Assembly (NCBI GenBank): GCA_964418485.1
Contig: CAYQMH010000003.1
Coordinates: 9,609-73,608 of the forward strand
DNA from: an uncultured bacterium
Lineage (GTDB): Bacteria; Hydrothermota; UBA3072
Direction of reading: 5' to 3'
Length of the DNA: 64,000 nucleotides
Part shown: piece after piece, positions 55,494 to 64,000 of the stretch
How positions within the stretch are numbered: the first letter of the stretch is position 1
Layout: each line of letters starts with the position of its first letter
Made by a program: the position numbers and the translations under genes
Notes under the pieces: generated by a model
Told to the model about the DNA's origin: nothing
What the model saw: the letters and a program-made list of their open reading frames with translations, nothing else
Databases searched by the model: none

Positions 55494-57030
55494 AGTTCAA
55501 GGGCTAGGAGAAATTTTAAAAGCGATTAATTCTCCTGATATTGAGATTGACGAGGTTCTTGCGCTTATTATGAAAAATGTTTCCTGTCTTCTTGATGCCG
55601 AGGCCTGGTCTTTGCTACTTTTGGATAGAGAAAGAGAGGAACTCGTTTTTAAAGAAGTGGTTGGAGAAAAGAAGGCCGAATTAGAGGGGAAAAGAATGCC
55701 GATTGACAAAGGTGTTGTGGGTTGGACGGTAAAAAATAAGAAACCCGCAATTGTTACCGATCCTTACAAGGACAAAAGATTTTTCCAGAATATTGATAAA
55801 CAGACAGGTTTTGTTACTAATACTATTCTTTCTGTTCCTCTGCTAAGCAAAGGGAAGATTTTGGGTATAATAGAAGCGATAAATAAAAAGGATAAGAAAC
55901 CTTTCAATGAAGAAGACTTGAGTTTGGTAAGCAATTATGCGGAGCATGCGGCTATTGCTCTTGAGAATGCAAATTTGGTTCAGAATCTAAAGGCAAAGGT
56001 TGGTCAATTAACGCTTATTTTTGATATTAATAAAACTATTACTTCCATTCTTGACCTGAATAAACTTTTAAAGAAGAGTGCAGAGTTGATTCAGAAAGCA
56101 TTTGATTATTATTTTGTTGGAATAGCTCTCGAGGATGGCCCCTATCTAGTACTTAAAGGGTTCTCTGCAAAAGGAAATATCAAACTGGAGAGGAAAATAC
56201 GAAAGGGTAAAGGGTTAGTTGGGAGAGTAATGAGAAAACAAGAAATAGTCATTTGTCAGAATACGGAAAAAGGGAAATCGTTTACAGATTTTAGTGATGA
56301 ATTTAAGTCGGAAATGGTTATCCCTATCGAAAAAGGAGGAAAGCTAATTGGTATAACAGTTATAGGTTCTCCTGATATATACGCTTTTAATAAAGGAGAA
56401 GCTAAAATCATAAAAGAGGTTTCTTATCAGCTTGGTATAGCTATTGATAATGCAAGACTTTACGAAAAAATAAGATTGGCAACAATCACTGATGAGCTCA
56501 CCGGTTTGTATAATTCAAGGTATTGCAATGAATATTTGCCTTCGGTCGTGGCAGAATGGAATAAGACGGAGAAAAGGGGAGCTGTGATTTTTATGGATCT
56601 GGATTATTTTAAAAATATAAATGATAATTATAACCATTTAATTGGTAGTAGGTTGTTATGTCTCGTGGGTAAAGAGATAAAGAATAAAATAAGAAATGAG
56701 CCGCATGTGGGTATCCGTTATGGGGGAGATGAATATGTTATAGTTCTGCGTAAGGTGGACTTAAAAGAGGCGATTGAATTTACTAAGGAGCTTAAAAACT
56801 CAATTTCAGGGAAAAAGTTTCGCATAAAGGAGGAAGAAAAAATAATAGAAGTTCGAATTAATGCTAGTTTTGGAATAGCATGTTATCCTACAGATAGTGA
56901 GAATTTTTATGATTTACTTCGACTTTCAGATTTGGCAATGTACTATGTTAAAGGAAGAGGCAGAAATAATATAGCTTATGTAAGTGTGGAGAAAGCGATT
57001 TCATTAATTGATGAGCCAAAAAATACTTGA
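55483..57030 (+). CDS. GAF-GAF-GGDEF diguanylate cyclase
   Basis: Two GAF domains (first with NK..F...D); DELTGLYN, MDLDYFKNIND, RYGGDEY, ASFGIA. Start ATG 55483. Confidence 0.92.
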   Translation: MENKVQGLGEILKAINSPDIEIDEVLALIMKNVSCLLDAEAWSLLLLDREREELVFKEVVGEKKAELEGKRMPIDKGVVGWTVKNKKPAIVTDPYKDKRFFQNIDKQTGFVTNTILSVPLLSKGKILGIIEAINKKDKKPFNEEDLSLVSNYAEHAAIALENANLVQNLKAKVGQLTLIFDINKTITSILDLNKLLKKSAELIQKAFDYYFVGIALEDGPYLVLKGFSAKGNIKLERKIRKGKGLVGRVMRKQEIVICQNTEKGKSFTDFSDEFKSEMVIPIEKGGKLIGITVIGSPDIYAFNKGEAKIIKEVSYQLGIAIDNARLYEKIRLATITDELTGLYNSRYCNEYLPSVVAEWNKTEKRGAVIFMDLDYFKNINDNYNHLIGSRLLCLVGKEIKNKIRNEPHVGIRYGGDEYVIVLRKVDLKEAIEFTKELKNSISGKKFRIKEEEKIIEVRINASFGIACYPTDSENFYDLLRLSDLAMYYVKGRGRNNIAYVSVEKAISLIDEPKNT

Positions 57031-58579
57031 CAGATATCCCAATCTAAAGTTCCCCGTAACCTTAGCTAAAGTTGATAATCAGTATACTTCTCTTCAGAAT
57101 AGTATACCTGCTGGTAGTTCAATTGAATTCCTTGATTTAGGAGATGCGGAAGGTATGAGAACTTACGAGAGGACACTCGTTTTCTTGCTTGATTATATTT
57201 CTAAAAAAGGAGAAGTTACGATTAAAATAGAACATTCATATGGTAATGCTATATTCGGTAGATTCTTGAAAGGGAATCTGAATTTGAAATCAGTTAAAAA
57301 CCAAATGAAAGATTTAATAAGTATGAATAAACGTATTGAAAGAACGATGCTCCCGAAGTTAGAAGCCATACATTGTCTATCCGGCAGGGAAGATGATATA
57401 AATATTCTTAAAAATCTTGCAGTATCTTATATCCCAGTTTATAAAATCGATGGGTTTTCGGCTTACTTTGCCGGCCCTCTTTTGCCGAGTACTGGATTTA
57501 TTTCAACTTTTGACCTGAAACCTGTAAAAGGAGGATTTTTACTAATTCTCCCGTCTAAAGAGAATCCATCCACTGTTGGAAGTGTCGAGAAAAGAAAGAA
57601 ACTTTTCAATGCCTATAGAGAGGCGGAGGAAGAAGCGGAAATCTTGAAAATCTGGGGTGTGTCTCAGCTTAATCAATATATTATAAGAGGAGAAATATCG
57701 GAGATTTTGAAGATTGCAGAAGTTATCCATAGCGAAAAAATAACCGCTATTTGCAAAAAAATCATTGGAAGAAAAAAGAAAGTACGAGCTGTCTTGGTGG
57801 CTGGTCCTTCTTCTTCCGGTAAGACAACTTTTTCCAAAAGACTTGGCATTCATTTACGCTTACACGGCATCGAACCTGTTTATGTGTCACTTGACGATTA
57901 CTTTCTTGAAAGAGATGAAACTCCTTATTATAAAGACGGTACACATTTTTTTGATGCTTTTTCCGCTTTGGATATTGATTTGTTCAGAAAACATATTCGT
58001 AATGTATTAAAGGGAAAGGAAGTGGAAAGGCAATGTTTTAATTTCAAAACGGGCAGGAGAGAAAAAAGCGGAGAAGTTATAAAGCTGAATGATAATAGTA
58101 TGCTTATTATTGAAGGCTTGCATTGCTTTAATCCGGCATTAATGGAAAATATTACTTCAGAGACTTTTCTTATATATGTTTCTCCCTTAACCCAGGTAAA
58201 TATTAATCGTGTAAATAGAATTCCGACAAGAGACCTCAGGCTTTTAAGGCGGGTTTTCAGGGATACCAGATATAGAGGTTATAACGCAGAGTATACTTTA
58301 AAAAAATGGGAATCGGTGAAAGATGGCGAAGAACAATTCGTTTTCCCTTATCAGGAAAGAGCCGATGTAATGTTTAACTCGGCACTTGTTTATGAGCTTT
58401 CGGTCTTGAAGATTTTTCTCGGGACACCTTTAAGATGTGTTCCTACCAGTTCTCCTTATTATTGTGAGGCGCTCAGGCTTTTAAATTTTCTGGATCATTT
58501 TCTTAATATTTCGGAAAAAGAAATACCACAAACTTCTATACTGAGGGAATTTATAGGAGGAAGTGCCTTTTTTTACTAA
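57011..58579 (+). CDS. Uridine-kinase-family nucleoside kinase with ThrRS-N-like N-terminus
   Basis: YERTLVFLL, AGPSSSGKTT, SLDDYF, IIEGLH, RLLRRVFRD, FPYQERADVMFNSAL. Confidence 0.88.
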   Translation: MSQKILDRYPNLKFPVTLAKVDNQYTSLQNSIPAGSSIEFLDLGDAEGMRTYERTLVFLLDYISKKGEVTIKIEHSYGNAIFGRFLKGNLNLKSVKNQMKDLISMNKRIERTMLPKLEAIHCLSGREDDINILKNLAVSYIPVYKIDGFSAYFAGPLLPSTGFISTFDLKPVKGGFLLILPSKENPSTVGSVEKRKKLFNAYREAEEEAEILKIWGVSQLNQYIIRGEISEILKIAEVIHSEKITAICKKIIGRKKKVRAVLVAGPSSSGKTTFSKRLGIHLRLHGIEPVYVSLDDYFLERDETPYYKDGTHFFDAFSALDIDLFRKHIRNVLKGKEVERQCFNFKTGRREKSGEVIKLNDNSMLIIEGLHCFNPALMENITSETFLIYVSPLTQVNINRVNRIPTRDLRLLRRVFRDTRYRGYNAEYTLKKWESVKDGEEQFVFPYQERADVMFNSALVYELSVLKIFLGTPLRCVPTSSPYYCEALRLLNFLDHFLNISEKEIPQTSILREFIGGSAFFY

Positions 58580-58603
58580 AAGCGGCCTCCCCGGCCCTGT
58601 AAG

Positions 58604-60103
58604 TTATCTGTTTGCATTTCTGAATCTTAGGGAAAGTAATGTATCATTTTCCTTAACTGTAATCTTTACATTGTGTTGATTAAGAATTAATCTGATAAGA
58701 GGTATATCTAAATATTTTATATCTGAGTTTCCTGTTAACGGATTATCAAATTGAAAGATAGACACGTTCTCCAGAGCCGAGAAATCATCTATTAAAGACT
58801 TAAAACCTCTAAAATTAAGATATATATACCTATTTTTTTTCTCTAATTCGACCCATGCATCTTTCATTTTTTCCTTCATGCCAATTGTAAATAACTGCTT
58901 AAGTGATTTAATTAACCACTTATAATTACCAAAGATAAAGATTTTTTTTTCTTTAATATTTAACTGGAAAGAAACGTTGTTTAAATCCGAAATTATTTTA
59001 TTTAAAACTGATTTAAGGTCTATTTTTTCGTTAACTTTAATGGTTTCTTCTGTCACTATTTCAGCAATATCCAGAAGCTTTTCTACCATGTCTTTCATTT
59101 CCAAGGATGAATTATAAATTGCTTCTGCCATCTCTTTAGCATCTTTCTGAAGGTCTTTCTTGTCTTTTAAAATATACGATATGCCCAGAATGGGGGTGAG
59201 CGGCGTTCGGAGGCGATGCGATAAGCCGGATACGAAATTGGCATTAACTTCCTGCAGATATTTTAACCTGTCAAGTTCTACCCTTTCTGTGATGTCATTA
59301 ATCTGTATAATTAAATATTCTTTTTCTATGCCGGAAGAACTTATTTCCTTGGCTTTAGACAATTCGAAGTTTAAATGTGACTCCTTACCGTTTGTACGAA
59401 TAACAGCTGCAAAATGACCTCTGTTTTTAATAACTTCGATGTTATCTAAGATCTCCTTGTAAGGTAAAACTTCTTTCAGATATTTCCCATCAGTGCCTTT
59501 TATATGGAGCATCTTTTCTGCTGTCGGGTTAGTTTTTGTGATGATGCCTGTATCATCTAAAATTATTATACCTCCAGGTAAAGAGTTTATAATGGAATTC
59601 AAAAATTCTTCTGATTTCGAAAGCCTTTCGCTAAGAAGAGTCATCTTAAGTTCGGAAGAAACCTGAGCTGCCAGTTGTTCTATTATTTCTTTGCTCCTTT
59701 CGTTGTAGTCTCCGCCGCGACTATTAATCACTTCGATTACACCAATGGTCTCTCCGTCTATAATGAGTGGTGCCGCAAGCAGAGATTCTGTACTAAAGCC
59801 CGTTTGCTTATCAAATTTATCCGCATATCCGGAGCTTTTTGGTCTGTTAACCACAAAAGACTTTCCTTCTCTGGCAGTTCTCCCGGCTATTCCTTCTCCG
59901 ATTTTTATTCTTTTCCCCTGTAGATTCTTGGCTTCAGGACCGTTGACAATCTTGAAAACAAGTTCATCTGTGTCATGATCGACGAGAAATAAAGTCGCAG
60001 CTTCACTTTGAAGTACTTCCTGCGAAAGATCGAGAATCCCTCTCAAGAGTTCATTAAGATTCTCGCTCTCAGTTATCTTTCCCCACTTCTTCTCTAATTG
60101 CAT
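58604..60103 (-). CDS. GAF-PAS-HisKA protein with degenerate ATPase domain
   Basis: GAF domain similar to that of the GGDEF protein; PAS; SHRLRTPL H-box; no recognisable N, G1 or G2 boxes. Confidence 0.78.
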   Translation of the reverse strand: MQLEKKWGKITESENLNELLRGILDLSQEVLQSEAATLFLVDHDTDELVFKIVNGPEAKNLQGKRIKIGEGIAGRTAREGKSFVVNRPKSSGYADKFDKQTGFSTESLLAAPLIIDGETIGVIEVINSRGGDYNERSKEIIEQLAAQVSSELKMTLLSERLSKSEEFLNSIINSLPGGIIILDDTGIITKTNPTAEKMLHIKGTDGKYLKEVLPYKEILDNIEVIKNRGHFAAVIRTNGKESHLNFELSKAKEISSSGIEKEYLIIQINDITERVELDRLKYLQEVNANFVSGLSHRLRTPLTPILGISYILKDKKDLQKDAKEMAEAIYNSSLEMKDMVEKLLDIAEIVTEETIKVNEKIDLKSVLNKIISDLNNVSFQLNIKEKKIFIFGNYKWLIKSLKQLFTIGMKEKMKDAWVELEKKNRYIYLNFRGFKSLIDDFSALENVSIFQFDNPLTGNSDIKYLDIPLIRLILNQHNVKITVKENDTLLSLRFRNANR

Positions 60104-60467
60104 TTTTTTCCAATAAGTGTACTACTTTATCCCACAGAAGCTCTAAATCCGGAGGTTTTGTTATAAACTCGACATCTAATTTGCCTTTAGCAATAATTTC
60201 TACATCTTCTCTTAAATGTTCATATGCTGTACAAATAATTACAGGAAACTTATAACCTCTTTCGATTAAATTCTGGAGAACTTCTAATCCATGTTTTCCT
60301 CCCATTTTAATGTCGAGTACAACAAGGTGATAATTGTTTTTACTGAGTTTCTTGGTTACTTCAAACCCATTATCCGCTGTGTCGACCTCGAAACCTTTAA
60401 GTTTAAAAAACTCTTTAAATAAATATAAAATGGAAGGAACATCATCAGCTACCAATACTTTAGCCAT
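60069..60467 (-). CDS. Single-domain response regulator
   Basis: VLVADD, VLDIKMG, ICTA, ITKP. Start ATG 60467. Confidence 0.92.
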   Translation of the reverse strand: MAKVLVADDVPSILYLFKEFFKLKGFEVDTADNGFEVTKKLSKNNYHLVVLDIKMGGKHGLEVLQNLIERGYKFPVIICTAYEHLREDVEIIAKGKLDVEFITKPPDLELLWDKVVHLLEKNAIREEVGKDN

Positions 60468-62010
60468 TTTTTCCTCCTTTTTTTGGTAGTTCAATTGTAA
60501 ATTCTGTTCCTACGCCTTCTTTACTATCAACAAAAATTCTCCCTTTATGCGCAGAAACAATTCTCTGGACGATTGAGAGCCCCAGACCTGTTCCATTTTT
60601 CTTGTTGGTTACAAAAGGCTCGAAAATTTCATCTCTTTTAGATTCAGGAATACCTAAGCCATTATCTGTTACCTTTGTTATTATATTACCGTTTTTCTCG
60701 CTCAAATTGATATCTATTTGTCCGCCTTCGTTTAATGCGTCACACGCATTGTTGATTAGATTATCGAAAACTCTCCTGAGTTTATCTTTGTCTGCTTTAA
60801 TTTCATAATTTCTTCTATCGTGTTTAAATTTGATTTTAGCTTTCTTCTCTTTTATATTTTTAGACCTTTTGAAATCCCTCGCAACTTCACTCAGAAAAGC
60901 CGCATAATCGAATTCTTCAGAATTTAACTCCTGGTCCTTTGAGAAATCGAGCATATCTCCTATTAATTCATTTATTCTATCTGTATTATTTAAAATTTCT
61001 TTTCCATATTTCTTCCCCTTCTCATCTTTAGAAGACAGTATAAGTAACTGAGCTAAACCGCTAACAGCACCGAGTGGATTTCTTAAATCGTGTGCTATTT
61101 GAAGGGTTAATTTGCCCAATCGGTTTATCCTTTCTGATCTCTCCATCTCTTTTTCCATTCTCTTTCTTTCGGTTATGTCGTTGAATATAACTATTGCACC
61201 TTGTTTGCCTTTACTTTCATTCTTGAAGTAAGCAAGGTTGATTCCCCAGTATCTGCCTTTATTCATTTTTACAAGATTCCTGTTTTCCCCTGGATTTCCA
61301 AACTCTTTAACACATTCTTTCAAAATCGGAATGATATTATCATCTGTTTTTACAAGTTCCTGTGCTTTAGGATTTATCAAACGTATAATAGCTTCCCCAT
61401 ACACGTCTTCAAAGACCGCAATTCCGGTGTTTATAGAGTTGATGACTCCCCTATAAAAATGTTGGATATCTCTTTTCTCGCGTTCCTCACTTTCTTTGAC
61501 CGTTTCAATCCTTTCCCTCATAATTTTGTTCCATAAACTGCTGATGAAAGCGGTCAAAAGCAAGAAAACGAGCTTTAATAGGAAAACCGGATCTTGAATG
61601 TTGAAACTTTCCCTTTGCTGAGTTAGCCATATGTAGATGCCGGCGCTTGCGATTGTAATTGCTAACGATGCACCTATACCCGATGAAATCGAAGCCATCA
61701 TTATGGTGAGGAAATAAAAAATATAATAATCTGAACTTATGCTTCCGGTGAAATAAAAAACAGTAGAGACGACTACAATATCAAAAAGAAATAAAGAAAA
61801 TAAGATCAACTGCTTATTTAAAAGCGATGGTTTCCATATTCGTAGAGTTATATTAAGAGCAAAATATAGAGAAGCTATTACATAAACGATGCCAATTCTG
61901 GTAACTTCTTCCGTAGCATAACCTGCAATTAAGATTACGGAAAGCAAAACAAGCCACCTGAATACTAAAAAAACATCTAAATCACTGGACTTCTTTAATT
62001 TTATCATCAT
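60460..62010 (-). CDS. Membrane sensor histidine kinase (PilS-like architecture)
   Basis: Multi-TM N-terminus; PAS-like region; AHDLRNPL, NLINNA, DNGLGI, FEPF, GTGLGL. Confidence 0.92.
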   Translation of the reverse strand: MMIKLKKSSDLDVFLVFRWLVLLSVILIAGYATEEVTRIGIVYVIASLYFALNITLRIWKPSLLNKQLILFSLFLFDIVVVSTVFYFTGSISSDYYIFYFLTIMMASISSGIGASLAITIASAGIYIWLTQQRESFNIQDPVFLLKLVFLLLTAFISSLWNKIMRERIETVKESEEREKRDIQHFYRGVINSINTGIAVFEDVYGEAIIRLINPKAQELVKTDDNIIPILKECVKEFGNPGENRNLVKMNKGRYWGINLAYFKNESKGKQGAIVIFNDITERKRMEKEMERSERINRLGKLTLQIAHDLRNPLGAVSGLAQLLILSSKDEKGKKYGKEILNNTDRINELIGDMLDFSKDQELNSEEFDYAAFLSEVARDFKRSKNIKEKKAKIKFKHDRRNYEIKADKDKLRRVFDNLINNACDALNEGGQIDINLSEKNGNIITKVTDNGLGIPESKRDEIFEPFVTNKKNGTGLGLSIVQRIVSAHKGRIFVDSKEGVGTEFTIELPKKGGKNG

Positions 62011-62196
62011 ATTTAAATTACTATAAAAGAAACATTCCAATCATTAAGATATTGATTGTCAGTCACATGGATGTGTAAATATATCTTTATATATCGCAAC
62101 TAGAATGAACAAGTGTAGAATATACTTGACAAAATATCTATTAAATATATATTGATTCAAGGTGTCGAAATGCTTTGAGGTATGTTAGGAGGTATT

Positions 62197-63570
62197 ATGG
62201 CTAATAAAGTACTTATTGTGGATGACGATGAGAAGCTTTTAAAGGTATTGAGTGAGGCGTTAGAGAAAGAAGATTTCATTGTGTCGACGGCCACAACAGC
62301 AGAAGAAGGACTGGAGAGATTCAAGGAAATTGATTTTGACGCGGTGCTGGTCGATCTTGTTCTCCCGGATATGGACGGGATAGAATTGCTCAAAACAATA
62401 AGAAATATCGATTCTGATTTTCCTGTAATAATGATAACAGGGCACGCTTCCATCGATCTTGCTGTAAAGGCAATGCGTATGGGGGCTTTTTATTTCATCG
62501 AGAAGCCCGCTTCTACAAAAGCTATATTAGAAATACTTAAAAGAGCTATAGAACAGAAAGAGCTAATATTGAGCTATCAGTCTTTGAAACGGACAGCCGA
62601 GGAGAAATTTCGTTTTTCTGGCATAATAGGAAAAAGCAAGCAAATGCAAGAAATTTTTGATTTAATCGAGCGTGTAGCTTCCGCAGAAGCGACGGTACTA
62701 ATACAGGGAGAGTCGGGTACCGGCAAAGAATTAGTCGCAAAAGCTATACATTTTAACTCTCCGAGGAAAGAAAATCGATTTGTTGCTATAAACTGTAGTG
62801 CTCTGCCCGAATCTTTGCTGGAAAGCGAGTTATTCGGATACGAGAGGGGAGCCTTCACTGGAGCTAATAAGAAAAAGAAAGGGCTTTTCGAAATTGCCCA
62901 CAAAGGCACGATTTTCCTTGACGAGATCGTTGAAACTTCGCCCGCGTTTCAGTCAAAACTTCTACGGGTATTAGAGGACAGGACTTTCTACCCGGTAGGG
63001 TCTACAGAGGAAAGAAGAGCTGATACAAGAATTCTTGCAGCCACAAATAAAAATATCGAAGATACAGTAGCAGAAGGAAAATTCAGAAAAGATCTATATT
63101 ATCGTCTCAATGTGGTCAAAGTATCTTTGCCTCCTTTGCGGGATAGAAAAATCGATATTCCATTGCTTACTCAGAATTTCTTGAAAACTTATGCTGATAA
63201 AAACCGTAAGAATATTGTGGGAGTTTCCGATGAGGCGATGGAGGTATTGATGCGTTACTCCTGGCCGGGCAATGTCCGGGAGCTTGAAAATGCTATTGAA
63301 AGAGCAGTGATTCTATGTCAGGAGCAAACTATACTTGCGGAACATTTACCTGAGAGAACAAGTAGAAGCGAAGAACTTGAACCTTCCAATATTCTTGAAT
63401 ACGAAGCGGCAAAAGATTCTTTCGAGAAAAAATACCTCAGGAACTTATTGAAGCAGACAGAGGGAAATGTTACAGACGCAGCCAGAATCGCCCAGATGAC
63501 CAGGCAGAATATTTATCTTAAATTAAAGAGGTATGAGATCAATCCCAAGATTTATTATCCCAGAGAATAA
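62197..63570 (+). CDS. Sigma54-dependent response regulator (NtrC/PilR family)
   Basis: REC domain, GESGTGKE, GAFTGA, WPGNVRELEN, C-terminal HTH; AGGAGGT RBS before ATG 62197; upstream TTGACA-N16-TATATT. Confidence 0.95.
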   Translation: MANKVLIVDDDEKLLKVLSEALEKEDFIVSTATTAEEGLERFKEIDFDAVLVDLVLPDMDGIELLKTIRNIDSDFPVIMITGHASIDLAVKAMRMGAFYFIEKPASTKAILEILKRAIEQKELILSYQSLKRTAEEKFRFSGIIGKSKQMQEIFDLIERVASAEATVLIQGESGTGKELVAKAIHFNSPRKENRFVAINCSALPESLLESELFGYERGAFTGANKKKKGLFEIAHKGTIFLDEIVETSPAFQSKLLRVLEDRTFYPVGSTEERRADTRILAATNKNIEDTVAEGKFRKDLYYRLNVVKVSLPPLRDRKIDIPLLTQNFLKTYADKNRKNIVGVSDEAMEVLMRYSWPGNVRELENAIERAVILCQEQTILAEHLPERTSRSEELEPSNILEYEAAKDSFEKKYLRNLLKQTEGNVTDAARIAQMTRQNIYLKLKRYEINPKIYYPRE

Positions 63571-63580
63571 AGGAGGTATA

Positions 63581-64000
63581 ATGAAGAAGATATTTTACAT
63601 AGTATTCCTTGTTTTATTAATTAAATGTGCTTCTCCTGGAGATATTAATATGTTATCCGCAGAGGCAACCGGTACATCACGCGATTATCAACTTGCCATA
63701 GAAAAGGCAAAGATGGATGCAAGACTCGAAATGACTCAGCAGCTTAACGCGTACGTTCAGGCATTGATAAAAAAATTCGATGAAGAAGTTGGCTTAACTG
63801 AAGACTCAGAACTTCTCGGCTTGTATTCCAAAACCGCTAAAATAGTTGTTGATCAATCGCTGGTGGGCTCTCATATTAAGAAAAAAGACGTAAAACAGGA
63901 AGGCAATATCTACAAAGCTTATGTTGTGATGGAAGCGCCTCTTGGTCAGGCAAAAAAGCGACTGCTGGAGCAGATAAAAGCCAGCGATGCTCTTTATGGA
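63581..64000 (+). CDS. LPP20-like lipoprotein, runs off the window end and is absent from the ORF track
   Basis: AGGAGG RBS; MKKIFYIVFLVLLIKCASPG...ATGTSRDYQLAIEKAKMDARLEMTQQL...YKAYVVME. Confidence 0.75.
   Translation, partial: MKKIFYIVFLVLLIKCASPGDINMLSAEATGTSRDYQLAIEKAKMDARLEMTQQLNAYVQALIKKFDEEVGLTEDSELLGLYSKTAKIVVDQSLVGSHIKKKDVKQEGNIYKAYVVMEAPLGQAKKRLLEQIKASDALYG

Noticed and set aside
62040-62197. Sigma54 (-24/-12) promoter near the NtrC-family gene
   Set aside because: No TGGCAC-N5-TTGC match on either strand; only a sigma70-like site is present.
1-64000. CRISPR array, tRNA, rRNA, integrase or transposase
   Set aside because: No regularly spaced repeat-spacer units, cloverleaf with T-loop, rRNA-like tract or recombinase motifs were seen.

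Overview
AT-rich (roughly 35-38% GC by eye) chromosomal segment of a diderm bacterium that makes lipid A (lpxC, fabZ, lpxA, lnt) and is probably anaerobic. Gene content recalls uncultivated FCB-adjacent lineages such as WOR-3, but the sequence alone cannot fix the taxon. Most of the window is housekeeping: lnt, CCA-type nucleotidyltransferase, uppP, metG-ricT-holB, era, xseB-ispA-PAP2-dxs-lpxC-fabZ-lpxA-deoC, a thiol-redox operon, aspartate kinase/PPi-PFK, comEC, pyrR-pyrB-pyrC and two-component genes. I found no CRISPR array, tRNA, rRNA, integrase or transposase. Main observations: (1) An ECF sigma / zinc anti-sigma / multi-Ig / outer-membrane cluster. Its own upstream motif GGAACTAA-N13-TATCTAAAT recurs at identical spacing before the neighbouring serpin lipoprotein and a second lipoprotein, suggesting a local envelope or protease-defence regulon. 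(2) A divergent class III nucleotide-cyclase-like 838-aa protein coupled to pyrC and followed by a GAF-GAF-GGDEF enzyme and a uridine-kinase-family gene, facing a GAF-PAS pseudo-histidine kinase. (3) An unannotated, strongly folded ~160-nt element at 46.27-46.43 kb. (4) A DGGGP-synthase-like UbiA gene. (5) Dispersed palindromic and heptamer intergenic repeats, two of which bracket the ECF cluster. (6) Many apparently leaderless genes and a recurring 16-bp sigma70 spacer.
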